Shown here one piece after another: positions 41,341-50,992 of a stretch of 64,000 nucleotides of DNA. This stretch comes from an uncultured Alphaproteobacteria bacterium (lineage in GTDB: Bacteria; Pseudomonadota; Alphaproteobacteria; JAPOUT01; G958296285). Positions within the stretch are counted from its first letter, which is position 1. Each line of letters begins with the position of its first letter. A program made the position numbers and the translations under genes. The notes beneath the pieces are model-generated. The model was not told the DNA's origin and did no database searches. It worked only from the letters and a program-made list of their open reading frames with translations. The stretch covers positions 258,367 to 322,366 of the forward strand of contig OY282459.1 of NCBI GenBank assembly GCA_958296285.1, read 5' to 3'.

Positions 41341-41725
41341 GAAAGGGGGGTGTGGGGGGCGAAGCCCCCCGCGAAGAAGGGGGGATCGGGGGGAATCCCC
41401 CCCGAAAGCGCGTGGGTGGGGTGGGGAAAAAGCATTTGCGAGTGAAGCAACGCGAAACGAGCAAATGCGACCCACCCACGCGCCCCCTGCTAGAAGAGCT
41501 CTTGTAAGCAGGGGGGTCGGCGGGCTTTCTCGCAGGCTCGCGCTACGCGCTTCGCCTGCTTCGTTTCGCCACGCCCGCCGACCGCAGCGGGCTTCGCCCG
41601 CTTGGTTTTTTTGGGGGGCTAGCCCCCCAAACCCCCCTTCACCTTCAGCTTCTATGCCCTAGTTCCCCTGCGGCAAATCCAAAATGCCTATCCATGCAAA
41701 AAATGCCCGCGGCGGCTCGCCGCCG
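41341..41725 (-). repeat. nested-hairpin dispersed element, copy 7 (reverse) with ~85 bp extension
   Basis: core ~41341-41640; extension matches the left extension of copy 3. Confidence 0.95.
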
Positions 41726-41732
41726 CGCTCCC

Positions 41733-41761
41733 TTGATTCCCAAACCTAACCCCCCTATAAA
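41733..41761 (+). promoter_or_regulatory. sigma70-like promoter for tRNA-Glu
   Basis: TTGATT-17 bp-TATAAA, ending 15 bp upstream of the tRNA. Confidence 0.55.
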
Positions 41762-41776
41762 CCCCAAACACGTCCC

Positions 41777-41852
41777 GTCCCCTTCGTCTAGCGGTCTAGG
41801 ACGCCGCCCTCTCACGGCGGAAACAGGGGTTCGAGTCCCCTAGGGGACGCCA
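41777..41852 (+). tRNA. tRNA-Glu (CTC)
   Basis: acceptor GTCCCCT/AGGGGAC, anticodon arm CCGCC-CTCTCAC-GGCGG, GGTTCGAGT, CCA end. Confidence 0.95.
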
Positions 41853-41872
41853 CCAACACAGAAACCCAACCC

Positions 41873-43774
41873 ATCCCATACGCCCCCCTTATCCTCACAA
41901 TAAGCCTCGCCTTCGCCGCGAGCGCCGCCAACGCCAAATCCACCCCCCCCCTCGCGCCCCTCACGCCCGACCCCCTCATCATCCAAGCCACGCTCTCGCC
42001 CCAATCCCTCCGAAAAATAGGGAGCGCCATCACAATCCTGACAAAAGACGAGCTCCAAAAATCCGGCGCCGTCTTCCTGATAGACGCCCTCCAAACCGCG
42101 CCCGGCATCACCATCTCGCAATCAGGACCGCCCGGAACCCTCGCCAGCGTCCGAATGCGCGGCGGCGAAGCCGACCACACCCTCATCCTCCTAGACGGCA
42201 TGGAACTGAACAGCCCAACAGGCGGCTACGACTTCGCCCACCTCCTCGTCAGCGAAATAAACCGCGTGGAAATCATCCCAGGACCCCAAAGCGTCGCGCA
42301 TGGCGGCGGCGGATTGGCAGGAACCATCAGCCTCTCCACCAGCGACGACGCGCCCATCAGCGCCGACTCCCCCGCCATCCAAAGCGCGTCCGCCGCCGCC
42401 GAAGGCGGATCGTTCGGCTCCGTCCTCATCCGCGCTGCCGCCGCCCTAAAAAATCACACAAGCCGCGCCCGCCTCGCCGCCGCTTTCTACGCCTCCGACA
42501 ATGTGGATATCTCGCCCAATGACGGCAGAAAAGAGCGGGACGGATACCAAAATCTCACCCTCCACGCGCTCTACGCCCACAAAATGGGCGGCGTCCTCTT
42601 CCAAGCCGCCGCGCGCCACGCGCAAGCGAAAGGCGACTATGACGGAACCGCCAACGGAATCCCGAACGATCGCCTCGGCGGCGACAGCGAATATGAACTC
42701 CGCTCCACCGCGCTTCGCGCCCAACTCCGCCGCGACAATCACGCCCTCGCCGTCTCCTACCTCCACAGACGCGACAAAAATCAAGACGGGATGATCCGCG
42801 ACATCACGCTGAATAAAGTCGCGCGCGCGACCATCACGGCGCAATCATCATGGCGCATGAGGCGGGGAGATTTGTCGCTCCGCGCCGGATGGGAGCTGGA
42901 AGAATTTCAGCAAACCCATAACCAAAATCGGCGGGAGCAAACCACGCGCAGCTTCATCGCCGCCGAGCAAAGCCTCGCCTTCCGAAACGCGCTCTTCACG
43001 ACCCTCGGACTCCGATATGACAGAAACAGCGACTTCGCCTCGTCTTTGACTTGGCGCGCGACCGCGGCATGGCAAATCCCCGTCTTTATGCCGCTCCGCC
43101 TCCGCGCCGCATACGGAACGGCCGTCCAAAATCCCAGCCTCTACGATCTCTACGGCTTTAATCCTTCGCGCTTCGCCTTCACGCCAAACCCCAATCTGCA
43201 GCCGGAAAAGGCGCGAGGCTTTGAAATCGGGGCGGATTTTCTGCCCTCGCCTTTCTCCGCCATCGGCGTCAGCTATTTTGAAACGAGACTGGAAAAGGAA
43301 ATCACCTTCAACCCGCGAAGAGAAGGCCCGACCGTCGCCAACGCGACAGGCGGCAGCGAAAGGCGAGGCGCGGAGGCGAGCCTCTCATGGAACATGCTCT
43401 CCAGCCTCGCCCTCCAAGCGCGATACAGTTTCACATCATCCAAACAGCCCAATGGCGCGCAGGAACTCCGCCGCCCCAGACACCAAATCCAAGCCTCCGC
43501 CACATGGTCGCCCTTAAAACGTCTCCGCCTCCATGTGGGCGCGGCTTATGTCTCCAAACAGAGGGATCGCGTCTTTCTGTCAGAGCCGCCCTTCGCCCGC
43601 GATGTCATCCTTGACGGCTACGCGCTTCTGCGCGCGAAAATCGCCTGCAGTTTCGGCGCGAAGACGGTGGTCTATCTGCGCGCCGAAAATCTCTTGGACG
43701 AATCCTATCAGCATGTCGCCGGCTACGCGACTCGCGGCATCGGCGTCTTCGCCGGCGTGGAGCGGCGCTTTTAG
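41873..43774 (+). CDS. TonB-dependent receptor (BtuB-like); no canonical start at the real N-terminus
   Basis: in-frame signal peptide and plug upstream of ATG 42155; RGGEADHTLILLDG, RVEIIPGPQS, NPNLQPE, ENLLDESY, terminal F. Confidence 0.82.
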   Translation: MPYAPLILTISLAFAASAANAKSTPPLAPLTPDPLIIQATLSPQSLRKIGSAITILTKDELQKSGAVFLIDALQTAPGITISQSGPPGTLASVRMRGGEADHTLILLDGMELNSPTGGYDFAHLLVSEINRVEIIPGPQSVAHGGGGLAGTISLSTSDDAPISADSPAIQSASAAAEGGSFGSVLIRAAAALKNHTSRARLAAAFYASDNVDISPNDGRKERDGYQNLTLHALYAHKMGGVLFQAAARHAQAKGDYDGTANGIPNDRLGGDSEYELRSTALRAQLRRDNHALAVSYLHRRDKNQDGMIRDITLNKVARATITAQSSWRMRRGDLSLRAGWELEEFQQTHNQNRREQTTRSFIAAEQSLAFRNALFTTLGLRYDRNSDFASSLTWRATAAWQIPVFMPLRLRAAYGTAVQNPSLYDLYGFNPSRFAFTPNPNLQPEKARGFEIGADFLPSPFSAIGVSYFETRLEKEITFNPRREGPTVANATGGSERRGAEASLSWNMLSSLALQARYSFTSSKQPNGAQELRRPRHQIQASATWSPLKRLRLHVGAAYVSKQRDRVFLSEPPFARDVILDGYALLRAKIACSFGAKTVVYLRAENLLDESYQHVAGYATRGIGVFAGVERRF

Positions 43775-43791
43775 CGTTTGGACGAGGGCGG

Positions 43792-46503
43792 TCAGGAGGC
43801 GGAAGAAGCGGGGGCTTGGCGGAGCGCGACAGTCTCGCGCTTGCGAACCCACGCCAAAATGGCGGGCAGCACGATAAGCGCCGAGATGAGCGTGAATCCC
43901 ATCGCGATGGTCAGCGTATAGCCGATGCTCGCCAAACCCTCATGGGGCGAGAGCATCATGCTGCCGAAACTGGCGAGGGTGGAAAGATTCGCCAACGAGA
44001 TGGCGAGAGGAGTCGTGGATCCCATCACGGCGCGCAGATTCTCTTCGCTCTTGGCGCGCGTCAGCATGTGAATTCCGTTATCCACGCCCAGCCCCAGCAT
44101 CAGCGGCAGAACCAAAATATTCCCGAAATTCAGAGAAATCCCCAAAGCCACGCAGCTCGCCAGCGTGAAGGAGGCGGCGATCAGAATCGGCAGCAGCGCC
44201 AAGACCACATTCCGCATCCCCCGAAGAAGAACGAAAAGCAAAGCCCCAATGACGCAAAAAGCGATCAGCGAGGCGAGGCGAAAAGCGTGAACCGTGATCT
44301 CGCCCACCGCATATTCCGCGACAGGAAGCCCAATCGCCGAAGGCTCCAGCGCCCGCGCCTCCTCAATGAAGCGCGGCGCGAAGCGCATGTCCGACAGATC
44401 GCCCTTCGGATAAAGAACCATCCGAATGCGGCCGTCCGCCGCTTGAACCTGCCTCTTGATTGTCGGCGGCAGATCGTCAAAGACGAAAGGCTGGGCGCTG
44501 AGCGACAGGCGCAGCCGCTTCATTTGGCGCGGCACATCGCGCATCAGCCGCGCGCTCAAATCGCGGAGCGCCGCGCCGGCGTTCTCCCGCGCCAAGAAGC
44601 GCGCCAGAGACTGACCGAGCGCCCGCCTCGCCTCGCCTTCGGGCTTCGCCTCTTCAAGCGTCTGATAAAGGGCGCGGGCGGAGGAGAGAAACCCTTCCGC
44701 CCCGGGCTTCTCTTCCCGCCTTTCTTCCGGGGGCGGGAGAAAAGTCGCCGCGTCTTCTAAAATCGCCGCCTTCAGCGGCTGATCCTCAGGCACATAGACC
44801 CGATGGGTCTCCACTTTCCGCACAGTCGGCAGCGCCTCCAAGAGGGGGGCTTTGGCGTCCGCCGCCGCTTTGTCCCGCGCCAAGACCGAAATGGTGTAGT
44901 CGTTATAGAGACCGCGGCGGCGGAGCTCTTTGAGGAAAATCACCGATTCGGAGCGCGGATCTTTGACGCTGAGCGCGCTGTGATCAAACTCCACATTCAG
45001 CGCCGCCGGGAGAGCCGCGAGAGCCAGCAGCACGGCCCCTGCCGACAAAGTTCGGCAGTGGCGGCGAATCTTCTCATAAAAAAACCGCCCCCAAGAGACG
45101 GCGCGCGAAGCGCCCCGCGGCGAAAAAGCCGGCGGCGGCAGCAAAGAGAAAAGCGCCGGCAGCATCGTCAAAGCCGAGAGGAGCGCCAAACACAAGCCGC
45201 CTCCGGCAATGACGCCCAAATCGGCAAGCCCGGCGAAAGGCGTCGGGATGAAGGAGAGAAAGCCCACCGCCGAAGTGATCGCGCAAAGCGCCACCGCCGA
45301 TCCCGCGCCGCGCGCGGCGCGGCGGCACGCTTCCGCCGTCTCCTCTTCGGGCAGACGCCGGCGCTCCTCCATGAAGCGCAGCGTGATGTGAATCGCGAAA
45401 GCCACGCCGATCCCCATATAAAGAATCACGAAAGCCGCCGAGATCATGTTGATCTCTTGAACGGCGATCGCCGCGAAGCCCACGCACCAGCAGAGACCCA
45501 AAGCCAAAGAGATTAAAATGCAGAGAGTCGCCAAAAGAGATCCTGTGCCGATCGTCAAAAGGAGAAAGAGCGCCGCGCTGGAAAGAAGAGAGGCGATCTC
45601 CACGCTTCTTCCAATGCTTTCCATCTGCTCATGATCCAAGACCTCGCGCCCCGTGAGCCCCACTCTTATGCCATCGGGCGCGCTCTCGGTCGCGCGGGCG
45701 AGATGGCGCAGGAAGCGGATAGGCTCTTGGGCTGCCAGAATCTTGGAATAATCCATGCGGGGCTGCGCCAAGATGACCCTTATCGGATCTTCGCCCGCCG
45801 CCTCTCCCACCGACCATTCGGGAAAGGCGTCTCCCCACAATTCCGGCGAAGGCGAGGCGGCGGCAGGGGCGGGGGCGGCGGGGCGTCTTGACGCGGGGCG
45901 TCTTGACGCGGGGTCGGGGGGGGTCAGAATTTGAGCGAGGCGCGCCATGACCAAAGAAAAAGTCGGAGGAAGTTCGGCTCTTCCGGCTTTTTCGGCTTCC
46001 AGAGCTTTTCGGATCAGATCAAAAAGATTGACGAGATTGGCGCCCCGCGACAATTCCGCCAAAGCCGGCTGCGCCTCCGCCAAGCGCGAGGCGAAACGCT
46101 CAACCTCCTCCGCCGTCAGATAGAGAAGCCCGTTCTTTTGGAAAAAAGGCTCGGCTTGCGGATAAAAAAGACCATGAAAAAGATCGCCGCGCTCTCGCGC
46201 CGCCTCAAAGATCGTCTCGGCGGCTCTCTCGGCTTTGAGCGCGCTGGGCGCGGTCACGACGATCAAAATCGTATGGGCTTGCTCTGGAAAAGCGCTGTCA
46301 ATGTCGGCGACCAATTTCTGAAAAGGCGCGTCCTGCGACACCAAATCGCCCTGTCTGCCATTCACCGGAAGATGATGCCAGCCGTAAAAAAGACTGCCCG
46401 CCGCGGCGAGCGCGCCGAGGGCTAGAGTGAGAAACGGTTTCTTAAAACAAAAAAGCGCCAGATTCGCCAGAATGTCAGGATATTTATCTTGCAGGCGGCG
46501 CAT
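43792..46503 (-). CDS. MMPL/RND lipid transporter (HpnN-like)
   Basis: two TM bundles, FFQKNGLLYL, GLGVDNGIH, SFGSMMLSPHEGLASIG. Confidence 0.82.
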   Translation of the reverse strand: MRRLQDKYPDILANLALFCFKKPFLTLALGALAAAGSLFYGWHHLPVNGRQGDLVSQDAPFQKLVADIDSAFPEQAHTILIVVTAPSALKAERAAETIFEAARERGDLFHGLFYPQAEPFFQKNGLLYLTAEEVERFASRLAEAQPALAELSRGANLVNLFDLIRKALEAEKAGRAELPPTFSLVMARLAQILTPPDPASRRPASRRPAAPAPAAASPSPELWGDAFPEWSVGEAAGEDPIRVILAQPRMDYSKILAAQEPIRFLRHLARATESAPDGIRVGLTGREVLDHEQMESIGRSVEIASLLSSAALFLLLTIGTGSLLATLCILISLALGLCWCVGFAAIAVQEINMISAAFVILYMGIGVAFAIHITLRFMEERRRLPEEETAEACRRAARGAGSAVALCAITSAVGFLSFIPTPFAGLADLGVIAGGGLCLALLSALTMLPALFSLLPPPAFSPRGASRAVSWGRFFYEKIRRHCRTLSAGAVLLALAALPAALNVEFDHSALSVKDPRSESVIFLKELRRRGLYNDYTISVLARDKAAADAKAPLLEALPTVRKVETHRVYVPEDQPLKAAILEDAATFLPPPEERREEKPGAEGFLSSARALYQTLEEAKPEGEARRALGQSLARFLARENAGAALRDLSARLMRDVPRQMKRLRLSLSAQPFVFDDLPPTIKRQVQAADGRIRMVLYPKGDLSDMRFAPRFIEEARALEPSAIGLPVAEYAVGEITVHAFRLASLIAFCVIGALLFVLLRGMRNVVLALLPILIAASFTLASCVALGISLNFGNILVLPLMLGLGVDNGIHMLTRAKSEENLRAVMGSTTPLAISLANLSTLASFGSMMLSPHEGLASIGYTLTIAMGFTLISALIVLPAILAWVRKRETVALRQAPASSAS

Positions 46504-46604
46504 GACTGTCTTATGCCTTAAGCCTTGTGTCTTGGGTGGGAGGAGAAGCCGCTGGGGAGCGTCCGCCGCCTTGAGAGAAAGAGGGGAGACAGGGGAACTG
46601 TTCC

Positions 46605-47357
46605 ATGCGCCACAGCGATAGCAGATCGGCGAGTTTTTGCCAAGACGCGAAAACCTTTCTCGCCGCCTTCCCTCTTTTGGCGCTCATCCTCTTTGCCGCC
46701 GCCCCCCAAAAAACCGCCGCCGCCCAAAAAACCGCCGCCCCCGCCGCCGCGACCCGTCTGACTCCTGAAGCGGTGATCGCGCGGCTTGATCGCGACGTCA
46801 TTCTTCCGATGAGCCGCCTCGCCGAAGAGAGCGAAGGCGAGGAGAGGCAGGCGAAATTCCTAAAACTTTTGGATTCGGTTTTTGATCTGGAGCGCATCAC
46901 AGTGGCGAGCATCGGACACAGCCATTGGCGCGCATGGACGCCAGAGCAGCGCGCCGCCTATCGCCAAGCCTTCCGCGATTATATGATCGTCATCTATCTG
47001 GATCGCTTCCGCGCCTATACCGGGAGCGGGCTGAAAATCGTCAAATCCACGATAGAAGGCAAGCGCGCCCTCGTGCAGACCCGATTGGTCGTGCCGAATG
47101 AAGAGAATCCCCTCGTCTCCTTCCTGTTGAGACATGGCAAGGCGGGCTGGAAGATCGTGGATGTCTATTTTGACGGCGCGATCAGCGAAGTGGCGGGGCT
47201 TCGCGCGCAGTTCAGCAAAGCGCTGGACAAGCAAGGCTATGAAGGCTTGCTCCAAGAGATGGCGAAGCTGAAAGAGCGTCTTTTGTCAGAAGAGCGAGAG
47301 GGGCGAGAGGGGCGAGAGGGGCAAAAGGGACAAGAGGGACGGCAGAAGAAAAATTAG
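46605..47357 (+). CDS. MlaC/Ttg2D (HpnM-like) periplasmic lipid-binding protein
   Basis: signal peptide, FDLERI, WKIVDVYFDGAISEV..RAQF. Confidence 0.82.
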   Translation: MRHSDSRSASFCQDAKTFLAAFPLLALILFAAAPQKTAAAQKTAAPAAATRLTPEAVIARLDRDVILPMSRLAEESEGEERQAKFLKLLDSVFDLERITVASIGHSHWRAWTPEQRAAYRQAFRDYMIVIYLDRFRAYTGSGLKIVKSTIEGKRALVQTRLVVPNEENPLVSFLLRHGKAGWKIVDVYFDGAISEVAGLRAQFSKALDKQGYEGLLQEMAKLKERLLSEEREGREGREGQKGQEGRQKKN

Positions 47358-48187
47358 GCGGAAGAGGCGCGAAACGCGCCGACGCTCGCCAAGAAAGATC
47401 CGTTGCGCCACCCTCTTGACGGCGCGTAGCGCAGAGGCTCGCCATTCTGATCCACGACATGCCCGCCCGCCGCTTCCAAAAGCGCCTGTCCGGCGGCGGT
47501 GTCCCATGCCATGCTGGGGGTCTGGCGCGGATAAATCTGCGCTTCGCCGCAGGCGAGCATGGCGAATTTGATAGCCGAGCCGGATCGCAAGATTCGTTTG
47601 GACTGGTAGCGCCGTTTTTGAGATTCCGCGTAAGCCGGCTCAGCGCCTCTGGAAAGGGCGAGGACGGGGCTGGCCGTCTTGCGCGGATGGAGGCGGCGAA
47701 GACCCCCGCCCCCGCCCCCGCCGCCGCCCGCGCCCCTCGCGCCGCCCGCGCCGCCGCCGCGCTCTTCATAAGCCCCGCCATGCAGAGATCCCCAAAAGAG
47801 ACGCCGCTTGGCAGGCGCGTAAAGAACGCCGCATAGAGCGCGATCATTTTCCACATAGGCGATATTGACGGTGAACTCGCCGTTTTTCTTCAGAAACTCC
47901 CTCGTGCCGTCCAGCGGATCCACCAAAAAAAATCGCCTTCGCGCCAAAGGCAGACGCCCCGCCTCCGCCGCCTCTTCGGAAATCGCCGGAATGGAAGGGC
48001 AGAGTTTCGCCAATTCGCGCAAGATATAGCGCTCGGCCAGGGCGTCGGCGGCGGTGACGGGGCTGGCGTCCCTCTTCAGCCGCGCGGCAGAGACGTCCCG
48101 CCCATAGTGGCGCATGATAATATGCCCGGCATGGCGCGCGATTCGTCTCATCTCTTCGCAGAGGGCGAGGCGCTGCGGCGTCCGCAT
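47354..48187 (-). CDS. cysQ: 3'(2'),5'-bisphosphate nucleotidase
   Basis: SPVTAAD, SEE, VDPLDGTREF, GEFTVNIA, GSAIKF, WDTAAGQA; start may be 48214. Confidence 0.9.
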   Translation of the reverse strand: MRTPQRLALCEEMRRIARHAGHIIMRHYGRDVSAARLKRDASPVTAADALAERYILRELAKLCPSIPAISEEAAEAGRLPLARRRFFLVDPLDGTREFLKKNGEFTVNIAYVENDRALCGVLYAPAKRRLFWGSLHGGAYEERGGGAGGARGAGGGGGGGGGLRRLHPRKTASPVLALSRGAEPAYAESQKRRYQSKRILRSGSAIKFAMLACGEAQIYPRQTPSMAWDTAAGQALLEAAGGHVVDQNGEPLRYAPSRGWRNGSFLASVGAFRASSA

Positions 48188-48212
48188 CTCACGAGCCTTT
48201 CGGAAAGGGGGC

Positions 48213-48857
48213 ATGATGGCGAAGAGCGAAAGGAGGCGGGATTCCCTCTCTGTTCCGGCGCGTCTTTTGGGCGCGTGGCTCTGCCATGAACTGGCCGCCC
48301 CTTTGACGGCTCTGGGGCAGGGCTTGGAACTTCTCCCTCAAAGTTCCGCCAAAGAGCGGGAGGAGATTCTCCGCCTTCTCCAAGAAGGAAGCGCCGCGCT
48401 TGACGCCAGATTTCGGGCGCTGCAGCGCCTCTTCGCCGTCTCGCCGCCTGACGAGACGGAGGGGGGCTTTTCGGATAGCCTTGTCGCGCTTGCCGCCTCC
48501 CATAAGATCGCTCTTCGCTGCGAGGGCGTGGAGAATCTGCCTGTTCGTCATCGCGGAATCCTCGCTTTTTTGGCTTTCGCCGCCCTGTCGGGCTTGAAGC
48601 CGCCATCGTCTCTTAAAATCTCCTGCGTGAAAAGCGCGAAGAGCTGGCGCGTCCAAGCCTCCGCTTCGGGCTGCGAAAGGAAGCGCGTTTCCGCCTCGCG
48701 GCGCTTTTTTGAGAAGCCGTCTCCGCCGCCCTCATCGCTCTCGCCGTCTGACGCGCCTCTTTATCTTCTTGGCGAGAAAGCCAGATTGGAGGGCGCGCCT
48801 CTCCGCCTCCTCCATGAGGGCGGCGTCTCGGCGTTTTTGATAGAGATTCCTCTTTAG
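48213..48857 (+). CDS. chpT: histidine phosphotransferase ChpT-like
   Basis: LCHELAAPLTALGQGLELL resembles the ChpT H-box; adjacent to ctrA. Confidence 0.68.
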   Translation: MMAKSERRRDSLSVPARLLGAWLCHELAAPLTALGQGLELLPQSSAKEREEILRLLQEGSAALDARFRALQRLFAVSPPDETEGGFSDSLVALAASHKIALRCEGVENLPVRHRGILAFLAFAALSGLKPPSSLKISCVKSAKSWRVQASASGCERKRVSASRRFFEKPSPPPSSLSPSDAPLYLLGEKARLEGAPLRLLHEGGVSAFLIEIPL

Positions 48858-48912
48858 TTTTTATTTTTGATTTTTGATTTTTGTTTTTTGGGCGCGGATT
48901 TTATTTTTTATT

Positions 48913-49722
48913 TTAAGGCGCGCGGCGCGCGCTTCTGGCCGGGCGGGGCGGGCGCGGGGGGCGCTGTCGGCGCGGCGGGTGAGGGGGGCTGGGGCTTTTC
49001 AAGCGCTGCCGCATCGGCGTCACATTGCTTTTTTCGGCGCTCTTCTCCGCCGGATCGCGCAGCACATAGCCCCGCCCCCAGACTGTCTCAATATAATGCG
49101 CGCCGCCGGTCATCAAAGCGATCTTCTTGCGCAATTTGCAGACAAAGACGTCAATGATTTTAATGACAGGCTCGTCCATCCCGGCATAAAGATGCTCCAG
49201 CAAAAGCTCTTTCGTCAGAGTCGCGCCTTTGCGAAGGCAGAGAATCTCCAAAATCTGATATTCCTTGCGCGTGAGTCGGATGGGCGCGCCATCCACCTCC
49301 GCCTCGCGCCGCGCCAAATCCACGACGAGCCGCCCGGTGCGGACGCTGGGCGCGCTATAGCCATGGGCGCGGCGTATCACCGCCTTGAGACGCGCCAGCA
49401 ACTCATCTCTGGCGAAAGGCTTCGTCATATAGTCGTCCGCGCCGGTCATCAGTCCGCGCACCTTGTTCGTCACATCGGCATAGCCGGACAGAATGACGAG
49501 CGGCGCGTGCGTCTTCGCGCGGCGCAGACGGCGCAAGACTTCATGTCCGCTCATGTCAGGGAGATCCAAATCCAAAATCACGGCGTCATAATCATAGACG
49601 CGGCTCAGATCCAGCCCCTCCTCGCCGCTCCCTGCCGCATCCACGCTGAAGCGCTCGCGCTCCAGCAGAAGCGTGACGCTTCTGGAGGCGGCAAGATCGT
49701 CTTCAATCAGCAATATGCGCAT
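48913..49722 (-). CDS. ctrA: cell cycle response regulator CtrA
   Basis: MRILLIEDD, GEEGLDL..YDYD..ILDL.LPDMSG, HLYAGMDEP..KIIDVFVCKLRKK, IETVWGRGYVLRDP. Confidence 0.88.
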   Translation of the reverse strand: MRILLIEDDLAASRSVTLLLERERFSVDAAGSGEEGLDLSRVYDYDAVILDLDLPDMSGHEVLRRLRRAKTHAPLVILSGYADVTNKVRGLMTGADDYMTKPFARDELLARLKAVIRRAHGYSAPSVRTGRLVVDLARREAEVDGAPIRLTRKEYQILEILCLRKGATLTKELLLEHLYAGMDEPVIKIIDVFVCKLRKKIALMTGGAHYIETVWGRGYVLRDPAEKSAEKSNVTPMRQRLKSPSPPHPPRRQRPPRPPRPARSARRAP

Positions 49723-49831
49723 GGATAACCCGAATCACTTCTCTTTCTGAGAAAAAGCTTTGCGGAAAAGAGCGAAGGGGGTCAAGATGTTTTTGCGTCC
49801 ATCAAGCCAAAGAAGCCGAAGGCGAAAGATT

Positions 49832-50992
49832 ATGGAAGAGACTTTTCGCGATCTGCCGCCCCCGTCCGAAGCCGGGCCGATCGCGGTCGCGATGTCGGGA
49901 GGCGTGGATTCCTCCGCCGCCGCCGCTCTTTTGCGAGAGCGGGGCTATTCCCTGATCGGACTCTCGCTCCAACTTTATGATCAGAGCTTTTCCGGCAACA
50001 AGCCCTGCTGCGCCGGCCCCGCTCTGATGGAGGCGCGGCGCGCGGCGGCGAAACTTGGCATTCCGCATTATGTTTTGGATTATGAAAAGCGCTTCCGCGA
50101 CAGCGTCCTAAAGGATTTCGCCTCCTCCTATATGGAAGGGCGCACCCCTTCGCCCTGCATCCGCTGCAATGAGCGCGTGAAGTTCCGCGATCTGTTGGAT
50201 TTCGCCGGAGAGTTGGGGGCGGAGACGCTCGCCACCGGCCATTACGCCCGCCGCGTCAAAAAACGTCAGGGCTGGGAGATTTGGCGCGCCGCCGACAAAA
50301 ACCGCGATCAAAGCTATTTCCTCTGCATGACGACCAAAGCGCAGCTGGCGAGAATAGCCTTCCCTCTAGGCGGCATGACCAAAGACGAGACGCGCCGCTA
50401 TGCGCGGGCGAAGGGGCTTCAAGCCGCCGACAAGCCGGACAGCCAAGATCTCTGCTTCGTCCCGAAAGGGCGCTATTTTGAGACGGCGGAGAAGATGCGC
50501 CCGCAATCCTCGCGCTCCGGCGAGATTCTCCATCAGGACGGACGGCTTTTGGGGCGTCATGGCGGGATTCATCGCTTCACGCCCGGACAGCGCCGCATCG
50601 GGGTTTCCGATGGCCAGCCTCTTTATGTTTTGCGGATAGAGGCGGAGAAAGGGCGGGTTGTCGTCGGGCCGAAAGAGGCGCTCCGCCTTCGCCGCCTCGC
50701 TCTTCGGAATCTGAACTGGCTGGGAGAAGGCTCTCTGAGCGCCATGCGGGGAAAGAGCCGACAGATTCTGGCGCAAATCCGCGCCAGGGCGAAGCCCGCG
50801 CCGGCGGCCCTTCTGCCGCGCGCCGACGGTCATGCCCTCCTCACTTTCGCCGAAGAGCAGCCCGCATCCGCCGCGCCCGGACAGGCTTGCGTTTTTTATG
50901 AAAAAAGCGATAATCATCAGAGAATGCTGGGAGGAGGCTGGATCGCTTCCGAAGAGACGGCGGAGGCTGGAGATAAGGAACGAGAGGCATGA
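49832..50992 (+). CDS. mnmA: tRNA 2-thiouridylase
   Basis: AMSGGVDSS, TPSPCIRCN, ATGHY, DQSYFL, KPDSQDLCF, APGQACVFY. Confidence 0.95.
   Translation: MEETFRDLPPPSEAGPIAVAMSGGVDSSAAAALLRERGYSLIGLSLQLYDQSFSGNKPCCAGPALMEARRAAAKLGIPHYVLDYEKRFRDSVLKDFASSYMEGRTPSPCIRCNERVKFRDLLDFAGELGAETLATGHYARRVKKRQGWEIWRAADKNRDQSYFLCMTTKAQLARIAFPLGGMTKDETRRYARAKGLQAADKPDSQDLCFVPKGRYFETAEKMRPQSSRSGEILHQDGRLLGRHGGIHRFTPGQRRIGVSDGQPLYVLRIEAEKGRVVVGPKEALRLRRLALRNLNWLGEGSLSAMRGKSRQILAQIRARAKPAPAALLPRADGHALLTFAEEQPASAAPGQACVFYEKSDNHQRMLGGGWIASEETAEAGDKEREA

Noticed and set aside
41641..41870. Cobalamin riboswitch upstream of the BtuB-like receptor
   Set aside because: The region is accounted for by the element extension, a promoter and tRNA-Glu. 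No B12-box was recognised.
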